Positions 10,901 through 21,838 of a stretch of DNA of 64,000 nt are shown here, one piece after another. The position numbers and the translations under genes are program-made. Within the stretch, counting starts at the first letter, position 1, and the number at the start of each line of letters is the position of its first letter. A model generated the notes under the pieces. It searched no databases and was not told the DNA's origin. It saw nothing but the letters and a program-made list of their open reading frames with translations. The stretch lies in the NCBI RefSeq assembly GCF_000142905.1, contig NW_013657674.1:466709-530708 (forward strand), in the 5' to 3' direction. The DNA is from Thecamonas trahens ATCC 50062. Its lineage: Eukaryota > Protista > Apusomonadida.

Positions 10901-13900
10901 GCTCGTCTTCCAGCTCGCGGAGCGCGGCACACACTTCGTCCCGCTGCGCCTTGGTCGTAGTCAGTGCCGACGAGAGCTTTGATGGCGAGCCATGGGCGGC
11001 CACGTGCGCCCGCTCCGCATCCAGCTCGGCTGCCAACTCGGCCGCGTGAGCCCGCGAAGCCTCCAGCTCCGCCTCGGTCACTCCGAGCTGCTCGTCAATA
11101 AGCGAGAGGTTGACCTGAAGCGACGCGTTTTCATCGCGTGCCGCGTCCAGCATCCCGCGGAGCTTGGTCACCTGCGCCTCGAGGTGCGATGCCGACTCGA
11201 GCTGGGCCATCAGCGAGTAGTGCTTCTCCTTGGCCATGTCCATGCCGTCGGTGGCTCGCGTTGCCCTGAGCTCGGCCACGTGAACAGCATTGCGCAGATC
11301 GTCGACGTCAGACTGGAGCCGGAGCTGCTCGTGCCGAGCTTCCTTGGCATCGCGCTTGGCCGCAAGTAGCTGTGTTTCCAAGTCGTCGGCACGTGCATTA
11401 GCTGCTGCAAGAGCCTTGTCACGGCTCACCACATCGGCAAGCGCGACATCGTGCGCTTCTTTGGCCTTGGCTGCCGCGAGGCGCGCCTCGTGCTGGCTCT
11501 TCTGGATGGCCAGGGTCAGCTCGAGCTTCTCGGCTTCAAAACCCTTAGCCTGCGCTACCAACGAGCCGTTGGCGTCAAGCGTTGCCTGAAGCTCAACGGC
11601 AAGGTCGGCATTATCGGTTCGAGCCTTTGTGAGCGCTGCTTCCAGCTCCGAGTTGGTCTTGACGGCATCCTCGAGATCCGCCAGTAGCGCTGCGTTGGTA
11701 CCCTGCGCTGCTTTGAGCTTGCGCCCGCGCTTCCGAGCTGCTGCCAGCGAGCGGACCGTGGCCGAGTGCTCCTTTTCTAGCGCGTCCAGAATTGACTTGA
11801 CGGACTCGAGCTCTGCATCAAGGCGCGCGTTTGAGTCCGAGAGCGCGTCCTGGGCGGCTTTGCCCGCATCAGCGCGAGCCTTTGCCTCGGACGCGTCCAT
11901 GAGCGCGGTTTGGAGAGCGTCGTTGACCTTTTCGAGCTCGGTAGAAAGAAAGGCCACCCGCTCACCTGACGCCTCGAGCTTGTCTTTGTACAGCGCATGG
12001 AGTCGGGCGTTTTCGTGCTGTAGATCGCCGCATGCTCGCTCGAGCGACAGCTTTTCCGCTTGCAGGATTTCGAGCTTGGAGCTTGCGTTGGCCAGCTCTT
12101 CCTTGTCACTCTCCAGCTGGGCTTCCTCAGACGCAATCTTGGCCTTGAGTGCACCAAGCTCCGAGGTAAGGGCGTTGACTTGCTCGGCATGCGTCAGCTT
12201 GGCCTCCATGGCCGCCGACTCGTACTGTGTCCGCTGGTCGGAGAGCCGCGATGCTAGCTGCATCTCGTGGGTGGCGGTGATAGTGGCGAGCTCGGAGCGA
12301 ACCGAAGCGAGTGCTGACTGCACCTCCTTCAGCTCATGCTCGGCCTCACGACGAAGGCGCGCCTCGAGCTCGCGAGTGAGCGCCGAGTGCTGGTTGCTCG
12401 CTTCAGTGAGCTTGTCCTGGTAGTGGGCGATGCGAGCGTTGAGCTCGTCGGCGGCACGAGCCTTGAGCTCGTACACCGACCGGTCATGCTCGGCAACGAG
12501 CGCGTCGCGGTCCTGAGTGTGGCGTGAGACCAGGGCCTGCATCTCGCGCTCGTGGCGCTGCTTGCACGCATCGAGCTTATTTTGGGCCTCTGCGCGCGTG
12601 GCCGCCAGCGAGGCAGCAGATCTGGTTTTTTCGTCCTCGAGCGCGTCGGCGGCGGCAGCTGCCGCCTTGGCCATCTTGGCCGAGTACTTGTCGGTTGTCG
12701 CTGCCAGCTGCGCCGCGAGCTTGGCCCGGTACTCCTCGGCCTGGGCAACGAGTTTGTCGTTGAGAGCCGAGACTTGGTCGTGATGGGCCGCCGCCATCTT
12801 GTCCAGCTTTGACTGGTATGACATGTCAACCGAGCGGGAAGAGGTTCGTGACGAGGCAATGAGATCCTCGTACTTGGTCCGCGCCTCGGAGAGCGCCTGC
12901 TCCTTCTCGGCCCGGGCGGCGGCAAGCTCGCGACCCGCGCTCCGCTTGGCGTCCTCCAACTTGGCCTCCAGTGACGAAATTGACGCCTCGGCATCCGACA
13001 GGGCCTTGGACAGCTGCTCGATCTTCATGGCCTGGGCGCGGGCGGCAAGCGACGACTCGACCGAGTACACAATGTTGCGGGTGGTGACTGTCGAGTCGTT
13101 GCCTGTCGCGAGTGTCTCAGTCACTGCGTAGCCCTCGCGCTTGAAGAGTTGCACAAGCTGGGTGATGCGCGAGTTGCGCTCACCGAGCTCGAGCCGGGCG
13201 GCCGCCAGCTCGGCAGACGTGTTCTCGAGTGACGAGTTGGCGGAGAGAAGGGCATCGGCGTGCTGCTTGTTCGCCAGCTCGAGGGCAAGGATGTTCTGGC
13301 CTGCCCGTTGACTCTCCTGTGAGAGCTCGCCAACCTTGGAGGTGAGCGCTGCGACGTCGTCCTTGAGTTGGGCGTTGGCATTGCGAAGTTGGGACGTTTC
13401 CAGCGCAGACATCTCCATGGCATGCTGCGCGTCCTCGAGCTTTGCAGTCAGCGCAGCGAGGGTGGCACGGCAGTCGCGCAGTGCGGCATCCTTGTTTTCC
13501 ATCTGTGCCTTGGTACCGGCTTTGCCCGAGGTGAGCTTGATGATCTTAGCCTCTAGCGCGGCGTTGGTCTCGAGCGCCGACTCGAGGCGGGTGGCAAGTG
13601 TGGCAACTTGGCGCTCGTTGGCCGAAAGCGCACCCTGAGTGTGCTCCTGGGTCCTGGCGAGTGCAGCTGAAGCCGACTCGTGCTCTTGGAGGCGGGTGCG
13701 CGCCACCCGCAGTTCGGTCTGGGTCTCATGCAGTTGCGAGGTGAGCGAGGCCTCCGACGCCCGCGATGCTGCGAGTCGCGACTCGAGCAGCGAGATCGTC
13801 GCCTGTGCCTCTGTGAGCGAGCCCTTGGCGGTGGCAGTCTCTGCACGAGCAGCCTCGAGAGCAGCCTCCCGCTCAGTTAGCCGCGCCTGGAGCTCGGTGC

Positions 13901-15665
13901 GAGCAGTGGCGACCGCCGAAGTCTCGGTGGTGGCAGCGCCAATGTGAGATGCGTAGCGCTGGTTATCGGCAGCGCGGGCTGTCCGTTCGCGCTCGAGTTC
14001 GTCGCGGAGGGTGACAAGGGCCGAGTCGGCACGGGCCAGCTGGTCCTTGTACGACTCCAGCTGGGTGTTGACGGCAGCCGAGGCGGCCGAGACTGAGGCG
14101 TGCGAAGCCCGCTCGGCAGCGAGCTGGGCGTTGACAGCGGCCAGCTCGTTGCGCGCCTCGTCAAGCTGGGCCCGAAGATCAGCTGCCGAGGCGCGAGCGT
14201 CGTTGGCGGCGGCCTCGGCGTGAGCAGCGCGGGCAGCGGAGGCGTGCGACTCCTGCTCGGCAGCGACAAGCTGGGCAGCGGACGCAAGTGTCGCTGTCGA
14301 TGCCCCGGTTTGAGCCGCCGCCAGCTGGTCTTTCAGCTCAGTGATGGTTGTCTGCGCATCCGAAGCCGCTGCCGCGTGCTGAGCAGCGGCCGCATTGGCA
14401 CGTGCCGTGTCGGCCTGCAGGACGGCAACCGAGTCGAGCGCTCGCTCGGTCACGTTTTGCAGATGCAAATGCTTGGCGTGAAGCTCGTCGTACGCGGCCT
14501 GCAACGAGGCCGAGGCTTCGGACCGTTGTGTAAGGTCCGAGATGCGGTCAAGCGCGGCCGACGCAGTGGCCTTGAGTGCTGCATACTCGGCCTTGAGCGC
14601 TGCATGCTCCTCTGAGAGGGTGGCGAGCGGATCGAGTCTCTCCTGCAGAACGGCTGTGCGGCCCTTGAGAGCCTCGTGCTGGTTGACGAGCGCGTAGTAG
14701 GCCTGCTCCATCTCAGACGCGCGCGCGGCCGCGGTCGAGACTGCGCTCTCGGCTTCCTTGCGGGCAGCAGCGCGTGAGGCAGCAGCGGCATCGGCGGCGG
14801 CTGCGGCGGCATCGCGCTCGGCGGCGAGCTTGGACGATACGGTGGCAAGCTTGGCGTCGACGTCATCGGCGCGGGCGTTGGCTGCGGCGGCATCGCGCTC
14901 GGCTGCGGCGGCATCTCGGCGCGCGGCATCAAGCGCGCGAGAGAGCGAATCCAAATCGGCTTCGGCGCCCGACATGGCGTTAGTAGCAACACACCGCGAC
15001 TGAGCAGCCTCTTCCTTGAGCGCTTCGTGGGTGGCGACAAGCGCGAGATGAGTCGCCATCAGCTCATCGTAAGCGACTTGCATAGACGAGGCGACAGCGA
15101 CGGCCAGCTCGGCCTCGAGTGCCTCCACGCGGGCGCCCAAGAGAGCAATGGTCTCGTCGCGTGAGGCCAGAAGGCCTTGCGCCGACGCTGCGGCCTGGGT
15201 GGCGGCCTCCTCGCTGGAGCGAGCAGCCTCAAGCTCACGCTTGAGCTCGTCGTAGGTGAGCGGGACGCCAGTCGCCGCCACATCGGCGGCAATCTGCTCA
15301 GCAGTGATGGCATCAAGCAGTTCCACAACGTCGTCCGGCAGCTGATCAGTCGGCAGAGTATCATGCGGCGAGGCAGCAGCAGTAGCGAGGACTCTGTCGG
15401 CGAGGGCACGTAGGCCGTTCTGCAGCTTGGTCTTGTGGGCCGACAGCAGCCGGACTGAGTCTTCAGCCCTCCGCAGCTTGACCAGAGTAGCATTATGCGT
15501 CCGCGAAAGTGCAGCCAACTTGGATTGCGCAGCAGCCAGAGCATCCACCAGCTCTGCATCATGTGGAAGAGCGCCACCACCAGCACCAGCACCATGTCGG
15601 TCTTCGGCGTTTGGCGGCAGGTTCTCCACGCCGTCGTCGACGGCTGGAAGCAGGGCAGACGACAT
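7908..15665 (-). CDS. Giant Ala/Glu/Leu-rich coiled-coil protein (~2585 aa), function unknown
   Basis: A single uninterrupted ORF with heptad-like composition throughout. The first ATG downstream of the low-complexity poly-G/(TG)n region is at 15665 (MSSALLP). Confidence 0.85.
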   Translation of the reverse strand: MSSALLPAVDDGVENLPPNAEDRHGAGAGGGALPHDAELVDALAAAQSKLAALSRTHNATLVKLRRAEDSVRLLSAHKTKLQNGLRALADRVLATAAASPHDTLPTDQLPDDVVELLDAITAEQIAADVAATGVPLTYDELKRELEAARSSEEAATQAAASAQGLLASRDETIALLGARVEALEAELAVAVASSMQVAYDELMATHLALVATHEALKEEAAQSRCVATNAMSGAEADLDSLSRALDAARRDAAAAERDAAAANARADDVDAKLATVSSKLAAERDAAAAAADAAAASRAAARKEAESAVSTAAARASEMEQAYYALVNQHEALKGRTAVLQERLDPLATLSEEHAALKAEYAALKATASAALDRISDLTQRSEASASLQAAYDELHAKHLHLQNVTERALDSVAVLQADTARANAAAAQHAAAASDAQTTITELKDQLAAAQTGASTATLASAAQLVAAEQESHASAARAAHAEAAANDARASAADLRAQLDEARNELAAVNAQLAAERASHASVSAASAAVNTQLESYKDQLARADSALVTLRDELERERTARAADNQRYASHIGAATTETSAVATARTELQARLTEREAALEAARAETATAKGSLTEAQATISLLESRLAASRASEASLTSQLHETQTELRVARTRLQEHESASAALARTQEHTQGALSANERQVATLATRLESALETNAALEAKIIKLTSGKAGTKAQMENKDAALRDCRATLAALTAKLEDAQHAMEMSALETSQLRNANAQLKDDVAALTSKVGELSQESQRAGQNILALELANKQHADALLSANSSLENTSAELAAARLELGERNSRITQLVQLFKREGYAVTETLATGNDSTVTTRNIVYSVESSLAARAQAMKIEQLSKALSDAEASISSLEAKLEDAKRSAGRELAAARAEKEQALSEARTKYEDLIASSRTSSRSVDMSYQSKLDKMAAAHHDQVSALNDKLVAQAEEYRAKLAAQLAATTDKYSAKMAKAAAAAADALEDEKTRSAASLAATRAEAQNKLDACKQRHEREMQALVSRHTQDRDALVAEHDRSVYELKARAADELNARIAHYQDKLTEASNQHSALTRELEARLRREAEHELKEVQSALASVRSELATITATHEMQLASRLSDQRTQYESAAMEAKLTHAEQVNALTSELGALKAKIASEEAQLESDKEELANASSKLEILQAEKLSLERACGDLQHENARLHALYKDKLEASGERVAFLSTELEKVNDALQTALMDASEAKARADAGKAAQDALSDSNARLDAELESVKSILDALEKEHSATVRSLAAARKRGRKLKAAQGTNAALLADLEDAVKTNSELEAALTKARTDNADLAVELQATLDANGSLVAQAKGFEAEKLELTLAIQKSQHEARLAAAKAKEAHDVALADVVSRDKALAAANARADDLETQLLAAKRDAKEARHEQLRLQSDVDDLRNAVHVAELRATRATDGMDMAKEKHYSLMAQLESASHLEAQVTKLRGMLDAARDENASLQVNLSLIDEQLGVTEAELEASRAHAAELAAELDAERAHVAAHGSPSKLSSALTTTKAQRDEVCAALRELEDEHNALQIAYDGLMEGRISELEETVAERDALAHQVAVLEEANALNLARAHALDAARRGMSADQLEVLKQLEAVALKYETARAKLKAVSVSAETARDALEIKGAESARLEAQLQAASEELDALRAAHAAATQHISTQRDKLDLIGSVTNEADIELVKLRTANATLTAQLSKATAANDELQAEVKALEGKLARAELVSPPEAPAVATARALAEAAAAAADEVAAAATESVDDAHASIGSAEANSHCTGSCLAANTVERAEQRAKHLQMLLDNAHKVVHRARTDASEYAGSYAALEASLEALTAQLDAASGLQKPEEAARHRALGEARRLELAALQQQNELLKSTNTWLEAAYAELEASVLSAGMLGSRPVTTRIPEPSLDASPLFSSKELLGQLNALAGDKIALEAQVAHLSHKCSTLERELASTADALAAAPRATEPVDSDLSMPALVSARARLEKELASRDERISELEAAVDKLDARASAMSEAAEAAQRAAAAMRTSAAKEAGSLGRVGAAQLDAQLGSIEARVQALAQTGTAEQDGVAESPNGAPMLSPTSQFGSLSSGSGSHPTSLRRGRAASASGVARAGEPAFASVRAASGSGLGTMQHVFDTHVLRLHTDVIDAISSTESRLSELANKLRLAGNLSEAEVRRVEGALQHVWEQCDHLRREASSVLSQLHAMQGVLVRRERVLVQLAQLDVQVDALREDEALATPPSPEMQASSQAALQRLLLTLEHQLEMLANVEQHCNSQLKQSTTLLAVLEVQLAMMGVSEKKAALLTEKLEKVKAECAPGAGETQQILSSFEQSNQEYKSAIGDLATRVSATLSNVGPQAKSLADRMKALAALLAPAGSGSTSDASGPPGGDDEYSEAETEEIDTRRGETGEAEVASSSDFNSMRLSQDQLATLLSGADPEAGVSATIEQIERLLPMVEQLRVAAPPQLASMCAKLTGVVADARAVAEHALQLVRSGQAEHNEKIKQYEAELETFSDKIVMFMRKFEATQ

Positions 15666-15869
15666 ACCTCCTCCAGCAGATGTCAACCACGAGTGTGTGT
15701 ATGTGTGTGTATGAAAGAAGGCTATACCGTGTCGTGCCGTGCCGTGTATGTGGTGTATGTGTGTGTGGGGGGGGGGGGGGGGGGGCTGCGTCGGGTGGTT
15801 GGCCTCGTTGGCGCCAAAAGGTGACACAGTCGGTCAATGGTCATGTTTTTCAAATGACTGCAACACGCA

Positions 15870-16199
15870 CGCGCTTGCTTGCCGGCCGAGAGGTCGCTCC
15901 GATGGCTTTTCGGCTTGAGAGCTATTTACTGCACTGACCATCCTTGCCATCACATCGTAGCAATTGGCAAGATGGCCCGCGTGTACATGAGCGCCCGTCG
16001 ATAGCTCGCGTACACCCGAGATGAAGGTTAGAATTGGGCGCTCAAAGAGCCGCCCATCGCCGTTGTTGCAGTTCGTCATCAAACGATTGGGTGGGTGGGC
16101 GGCTTCCCGCTCCTCTGAAGCCGATTGTGTTGACGTCATCGAAGCTTTGAGCGATGTATGGTGTCGCCCAGCCGATTGCGAGCGTCCGCAGTCGTGGCA
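15870..16199 (-). repeat. Dispersed ~330-bp repeat, copy A (contains intact 101-aa ORF 15834..16139)
   Basis: Colinear similarity to 25340..25677. Shared blocks are TTGCCGGCCGAG, GGCTTGAGAG, TGTACATGAGCG, CTCGCGTACACC, ATTGGGCG, TCGTCATCAA and TGTGTTGACG. Confidence 0.85.
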
Positions 16200-16383
16200 T
16201 CATTGAGCATTTCATGACCATGACCTTCTTTCAATGGTTCCCATGGATTAATGGGTGGTCACGTCTGCTGGCCAACTCGGTCGGCGACTTGCATCACCAT
16301 CAGCGCACACTGTCATGGCTCTTGGTCGTGTGCTATCCTTTCGTGTAGGCTACTTGTCGCTTCGTTGTTTCGAGAGGAAGGGC

Positions 16384-17823
16384 ATGGATGACGTTGGGGA
16401 GGATGCTGTGGGTGTGGGAGGCGAGAATGGTCCTGGAGAGGCGGTGGGGAGAAAGAGGCCGAGGAACGAGCTTGACGGGCTGAGCTCGCCTGAGAACAAC
16501 GACAAGGGCGACGACGAGGGAAGGAGGATCAAGAGGGGGAAGCAGCTGGTGAGGGGAGGTGCTGGCAGTGGGCGGGCCGGGAGCGGGCGAATGCATCCGC
16601 GGAACTTGTATCGGGAGCTGGATCGAAGCTTTGAGGAGCTGGCAAGTGCTTATCCGCCGCTGTTAGAGGTGCTCGACCACGGGATGGTGCGGTTCTCGGA
16701 TCCGACTGCGCTACGGATCTTTACACAGGCACTGTTTGCGGTCGATTTTGGCCTTCGGGTTGAGCTCCCGCCTGCGCATCTTTGTCCGACTCTGCCGTCG
16801 CGGCTCAACTACTTGCTGTGGCTGGAAGATCTTGTGGAGAGCGGGCGGGAGGTGCAGGGCCGAGACAGCAAGATTTGGGCGCTGGACATCGGCGTTGGCG
16901 CGTCGGTGGTCTACCCCCTGCTGGGTGCGACGGCACTTGGATGGTCGTTTGTGGGGACCGAAGTTGACAGCAATGCGCTCGAAGTTGCAAAGGCCAACGT
17001 GGCAGCCAACGCCGACGTGCTGGAGGCCAAGGGCGTCGAGACGGTGCTCGTGGCAGCGGCAAGCGAGAACGAGCTGCTGCAACCGGCGATGGAGGCGGAA
17101 GGCGCACCGGCGATGTTTGGCGTCACGCTCACTAACCCGCCGTTCTTTGACGAGCCGATGGATGCAGGCTCTTGCATTGGGTCGGCGACCGAGCTGGCGA
17201 CAGCTGGTGGCGAGGTGGGATTTGTGGCGAGGCTGGTGATGGACTCTGTGGTGTACCGGGCCCGCGCGGTGTGGTTTACCTCGCTAATTGGGATCAAGGC
17301 CTCCTTGGCGCCGTTGCTGGACCTGCTGCACCACGGGCTGCCGTTTGCAGTCCGGGTTGTACACACCGCGCTGTACCAGGGCCGAACGACGCGGTGGGCG
17401 ATTGGATGGTCGTTTGTCGCGGCCGATGGCTCACCGGTCCCGGCGCGGGAGCCTGGCCTCCCGGCGCGTGTTGTACCGGTCCAGCTCGACGACGAGGGCG
17501 ATGAGAAAGAAATGGCTGTGCTCACCGCACTCTCGGCAGCGCTGACAACGCTGAACGTTGCGCACGAGCTCGAGATTGACGAACGTCGCAGCAACGGTGG
17601 GGGTGGTGACGACGAGCTCGCGCTCTGCATCAAAGGTTCGGTCGTCCGCCGCGACGGAGCAGCCGAGCACGATGACGGTCGTCTGTTTGATTTCGTGGCG
17701 AGGGCTACGCCCGATGCTGCGAGCGTGAGCGTGGCCATGGCGGGACATGATGCAGGGCGGGCACGGCGGATGGCGGGCTTCTTTGATGCGTTTGTGGAGG
17801 TAGTTGCGGGCAAGCTGCGGTAA
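16384..17823 (+). CDS. METTL16: METTL16/RlmF-family RNA m6A methyltransferase
   Basis: Motifs MHPRNLY, LCPTLPSRLNYLLWLEDL, LDIGVGASVVYPLLG, catalytic NPPFF, GGEVGFV, WFTSLIG and QGRTTRWAIGWSF. Confidence 0.92.
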   Translation: MDDVGEDAVGVGGENGPGEAVGRKRPRNELDGLSSPENNDKGDDEGRRIKRGKQLVRGGAGSGRAGSGRMHPRNLYRELDRSFEELASAYPPLLEVLDHGMVRFSDPTALRIFTQALFAVDFGLRVELPPAHLCPTLPSRLNYLLWLEDLVESGREVQGRDSKIWALDIGVGASVVYPLLGATALGWSFVGTEVDSNALEVAKANVAANADVLEAKGVETVLVAAASENELLQPAMEAEGAPAMFGVTLTNPPFFDEPMDAGSCIGSATELATAGGEVGFVARLVMDSVVYRARAVWFTSLIGIKASLAPLLDLLHHGLPFAVRVVHTALYQGRTTRWAIGWSFVAADGSPVPAREPGLPARVVPVQLDDEGDEKEMAVLTALSAALTTLNVAHELEIDERRSNGGGGDDELALCIKGSVVRRDGAAEHDDGRLFDFVARATPDAASVSVAMAGHDAGRARRMAGFFDAFVEVVAGKLR

Positions 17824-17832
17824 GGGGCGCGG

Positions 17833-20800
17833 TTATTGCATGGCCAGCTGCGCCTTGAGCTGCGCAATTTGCGAACCATACTCGCGGGTGTTCTCGACGA
17901 GCTGGGCCTCGAGCGAAGCGGCGCGGGCCTCGGAGGTCTCGGCGCGCATGAGGAGGAGGAAGCGGTCCTTCTCCAGCTCGCCCATGCCTGCGGTGGAGAG
18001 CACCTTTTGGAGGTCGGTCTCGAGACGGTGGTTCTGGCGGGTGAGCTCCTCGATGCGGAAGCGGAGCTGGATGACCTCGCTCGAGTTGGTGGTGGACATC
18101 TGCATGCCGGCCGACGGGCCGGGCGGCATCGACTGCAGCTGGAGCGACATCTCGCGAATTTGCGACTGGAGCGAGTGGATCTTCGAGTTGGCAGCGGAGA
18201 GTTCGTTGCGAAGGGCAGCAGTTTCGGCAGCGTCTGCGCTGGTGGACGAACCCCGGCGCTTGTCGAGGGCCGGCAGTGGCTCGGCGCGAGACGGTGGGCG
18301 CGGGCGGGCGCGGGCAGACGCGGCGCCGTTGGCTTCGACAAGATGTTCGAGCCGGGCGATGATGGTTTCCTGGTCAGCGATGACTTGCTTGAACTTGTTG
18401 ACCGAGGAGTTTTCAGTCTGGAGCTGCATGATAAATGCAGCCTGCGCAGTATGAGCCTCTTCAAGCTCGAGGTAAGACTTCTCGGCCTCGTTGTGCTTGA
18501 TAACGGCGTTCTGGAGCTTCTCGACCCGCAGTTGGTTCTCCTGGAACCGGCGCATGTCGGCCTTGTAGCGACGGGAGAGCGCAATGTGGCGGCGGACGAG
18601 CTCGTCGTGGTCGAGGCCGTCGACGCCGCGGGTCTCGGCGTTAGAGAGCGCGTCGGCGTGGCGGTCCTCGAGCTGGGTGGAGAGCTCGGTGATCTGGACC
18701 CGGAGCATGGTATTCTCCTTGCGGAGGCGCATGACGTCGGCACCGAGAGTCTTGATGGCGGACGCCTTTTCGTCGACCTCGGTCAGCAAGCGGTCGATCA
18801 TGTCCTGCTTGTTCTGAATGTCATTGGTGAGGATGGTGACATCGGGCGCGAGTGAGACCTGGGTGACTGCGGCGGCAGGAGTCAGGCTTTGAGGTGGTTG
18901 TCTGTGTGGCGAGCGCGAAGACCGGCGCGGCGAGCGAGAGGTGCGACGCGGCGAGTGCTTGGCCCTTGCGCGGCGCGAGTCACGGCGAGAGCGTGGGTGG
19001 TGGCGAGCGGATCAAACGAGTCGTCTTGCTGACGCGAGCGGCGACTGCGCACCGAGCGGCGCGACGACTGGCGCGGTGAACGGGTTTTCGAATGCACGTG
19101 GCGTGCCGCGCGCGGCGAGTAGTACGAGTAGCCCGAGTAGCCGCCTGCGTCCGAGTACGAGCCGGATCCGATGTACTTGGACGGCTCGATGACCATGTCA
19201 AAGCCAGAGACGGGAGGGACGTCAGGTACGGCCGTGGTGTGTGCTGTGTGCGGCGCCGAGCCAATGATGGGTGCGGCGCCGAGGTTCGGCGCAGGCGGCA
19301 GGCCGCGCGGGGACGGTGGACCGACGTTGGAAGCACAGGCGAGCGAGAGCTCCAGGTTCACGTGGATGGACGACGCTGGCGGGGCCGACGAGTCGTCGGG
19401 CAGCGGCGAGGCGAGGACGGCAATGGCGATGTTGGAGAGCGCGACGGAGAAGCCCTCGAGAAGGAGCGAGACGAGCTCCGAGTCGAGTGGGACGAGAGCA
19501 TGGCCGTAGTACTCTGGGTCGTAAATGCCGCGGGACAGCTCTGCAGCGCGCCAGATCTGGATGGCGAGAGCGCCAGAGGGGTTGGTGAGAGTAGCTAGTG
19601 GCGCCGGAATGTGGGTAGTCTCGTTCCAGGCCGAGGCGGTGAATGATGACAGGCCAAGCGGCGACGGGACAGCCGGCAGCGGGCCGGGCACCTCAGTGCC
19701 AGCCACCGAGAGGTCGGACCACGGCAGCGCCGGATCAGAGCCCGAGTTGAGGCGGGCGGCGGTCCGCTGCCAAACGTGCTCGCTGAGGGGACGACCGCCA
19801 GCAGGGCTTGAAAGTGCGACGAGCGATCGGGCTGTGGAGCGAGGCGGCCGAGCTTGACGCGGAGGAGACCAAAGGTGGGTTCGGCCGCTAGTGAGCGCAC
19901 CAGGTCCGAGACCGTCGGAATGAGCTCGATGGAGACAAGGACGGTCTCGGTCGAGCCTGCCTTGCCCAGTCGGAGCAAGTACTTGGTCCGCGAGTCGAGG
20001 GCTGAGAACGGGACAACAAACTTGGCGAGAAGCGTTTGGGTGAGCGAGTCGGCCACCGAGAGCACCACACCTTCGCCCGGCACAGCAAGCAGAGGTTCTG
20101 GGACGCCGACCACAAGCTCTTCGCCCCACGCAGGGCGGCGCGAGGCGCGGGCAGCGCGGGTAGACGCGTTGGCACGGCGCGATGTGCGGTCGTCTTCAGT
20201 TGTCTTGAGCGAGACAAAGGCGGCAGGGAGCTCGGAGCCATCGACGCCAACGAGCGGCAGGCCCGAGGCCTCAAAGACGACGACACGGACGGCGGCGGCG
20301 GAGGAGGAGACATGCGTCGCGAGTGCGTCCCGCAGCGGGACCGCGGTCCGTGACACAATGTCAAAGGTAGCCAACGGCGGTGGCGCAAGCGGAAGAGTCG
20401 GACGCGGTGGCGGTGGCGGGGCCGGCTCAGGTGGCGGCGGGGCGGCAACTCGATGGGCGGACGACCGGGCCGAGCCATGTCGCGCAACGCGGGCTGACCG
20501 TGGGGTTCCGCGGCGTGAAGACCGCGGGGTGCCGTGACGCGACGACCTTGCCGAGTGCGGCGCAGACTCGGGCCGGACCGGCGGTCCGGATCGGTCGCTA
20601 TGATCATAGCCGTCGTCGCCGTGGTTGTCGGTGGGTGCGGGTGGATGTGGCTCGTGGCCAGGCGGCGGCTGCGAGTGAACGGGTGGGCCAGCCGACCTGG
20701 GGGATGGCGACAGGTCAGCGGAAAAGTCAGCAATGTCGCCGGTGTCGTCGAGTGTCGGAATGGTCGGGTCAGCAGTGCCCGGGCGGTCTGTGCGCGAGCG

Positions 20801-21750
20801 ACGGGAGCGCGAGCCCGAGCGTGCGCGGCGAGAAGTAGAAACCGAGGCCGGGCGCGAGCGCGACTTCTGGGTACGGCGGGTGCGGGTGCCCTCGGGTGCC
20901 GTTTCGTCCTCGGTGTAGTACGAGTACTCAAAGTCGTCGTCGACGTGGAATCCGCTCTGTAAGTTGGTTCCTGTTGTGTACTCGTACGAGTACTCCTCCG
21001 AGTCGGAAAACTCCAAGATGACGACAGTCCGGGCCTCTGCGCCGTCCATGGCCGGATCCATCTTGAGATCGACCTCTGCTGCACCGGTCTCGAGGAGTAC
21101 AGCCGTGACTGAGGCTACCGAGACCTTGGCAGCCGCGTACTTGTCGATGGACTTGGAGCCATCATCCTGCTTGGAGACGACGTAGAGCTCAAAGATGATG
21201 AGCAGCGGCGGCTCGCCTTCCGGGGTGAACAGCTCGTATGGACCCTTGGCAAAGACCGGGGTAGTCGTCGCCGGCTGAACCACCTCGGTCCGCCCGCGTG
21301 ACACCACATCGATCTGCTGGGTATCTGTATTGAGCGCCACGAGCGTCATGGTTGTGAAGAAGAAGCCCTCTTGTGCGGTTACCGTCTGTTGACCGACAGA
21401 AGAAGGGAGCCATTGCGTTCGATGGCAACAGGGCGAGCAGCATATGTGTAGGGATGTAGGTATGTGAGTGTGGGGGGGGGGGGAGGGAGGATGGGTAGGG
21501 GGGGAGGGGGGGGAGGAGGTACATGGAGGGGACGGGGAGGGCGGGGGAACGAACNNNNNNNNNNNNNNNNNNNNNNNNNNNNNNNNNNNNNNNNNNNNNN
21601 NNNNNNNNNNNNNNNNNNNNNNNNNNNNNNNNNNNNNNNNNNNNNNNNNNNNNNGGGGAAGGGGAGCAGGGGGAGGGGTATGGAACATACGTCGCGGAAG
21701 CTAATATAGATCCTCCCAAGAGGGAGCGACGGTGGTGAGCTGCCCGCCAT
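17833..21750 (-). CDS. C2-domain plus C-terminal coiled-coil protein, CCDC33-like; exon 1 21750..21691, intron 21690..21386, two apparent -1 frame breaks (~19755, ~18964)
   Basis: C2-like segments (VRVVVFEASGLP...AFVSLKT...PAWGEEL) and a C-terminal coiled coil ending LEAQLVENTREYGSQIAQLK. Intron GTATGT...CAACAG is phase 0. Three ORF-track pieces join if one base is added at each break. Confidence 0.65.
21555..21654. other. Assembly gap (100 N) inside a G-rich intron
   Basis: Run of 100 N flanked by poly-G tracts. Confidence 1.
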
Positions 21751-21838
21751 GCCCTACTGACCCACGTAGTAGAGCGAGATGGTAAGTAGCCTTTGGCATT
21801 GCCTGTCCCGACCTTCCGTCGTTGAACCGTCGTTGAAG

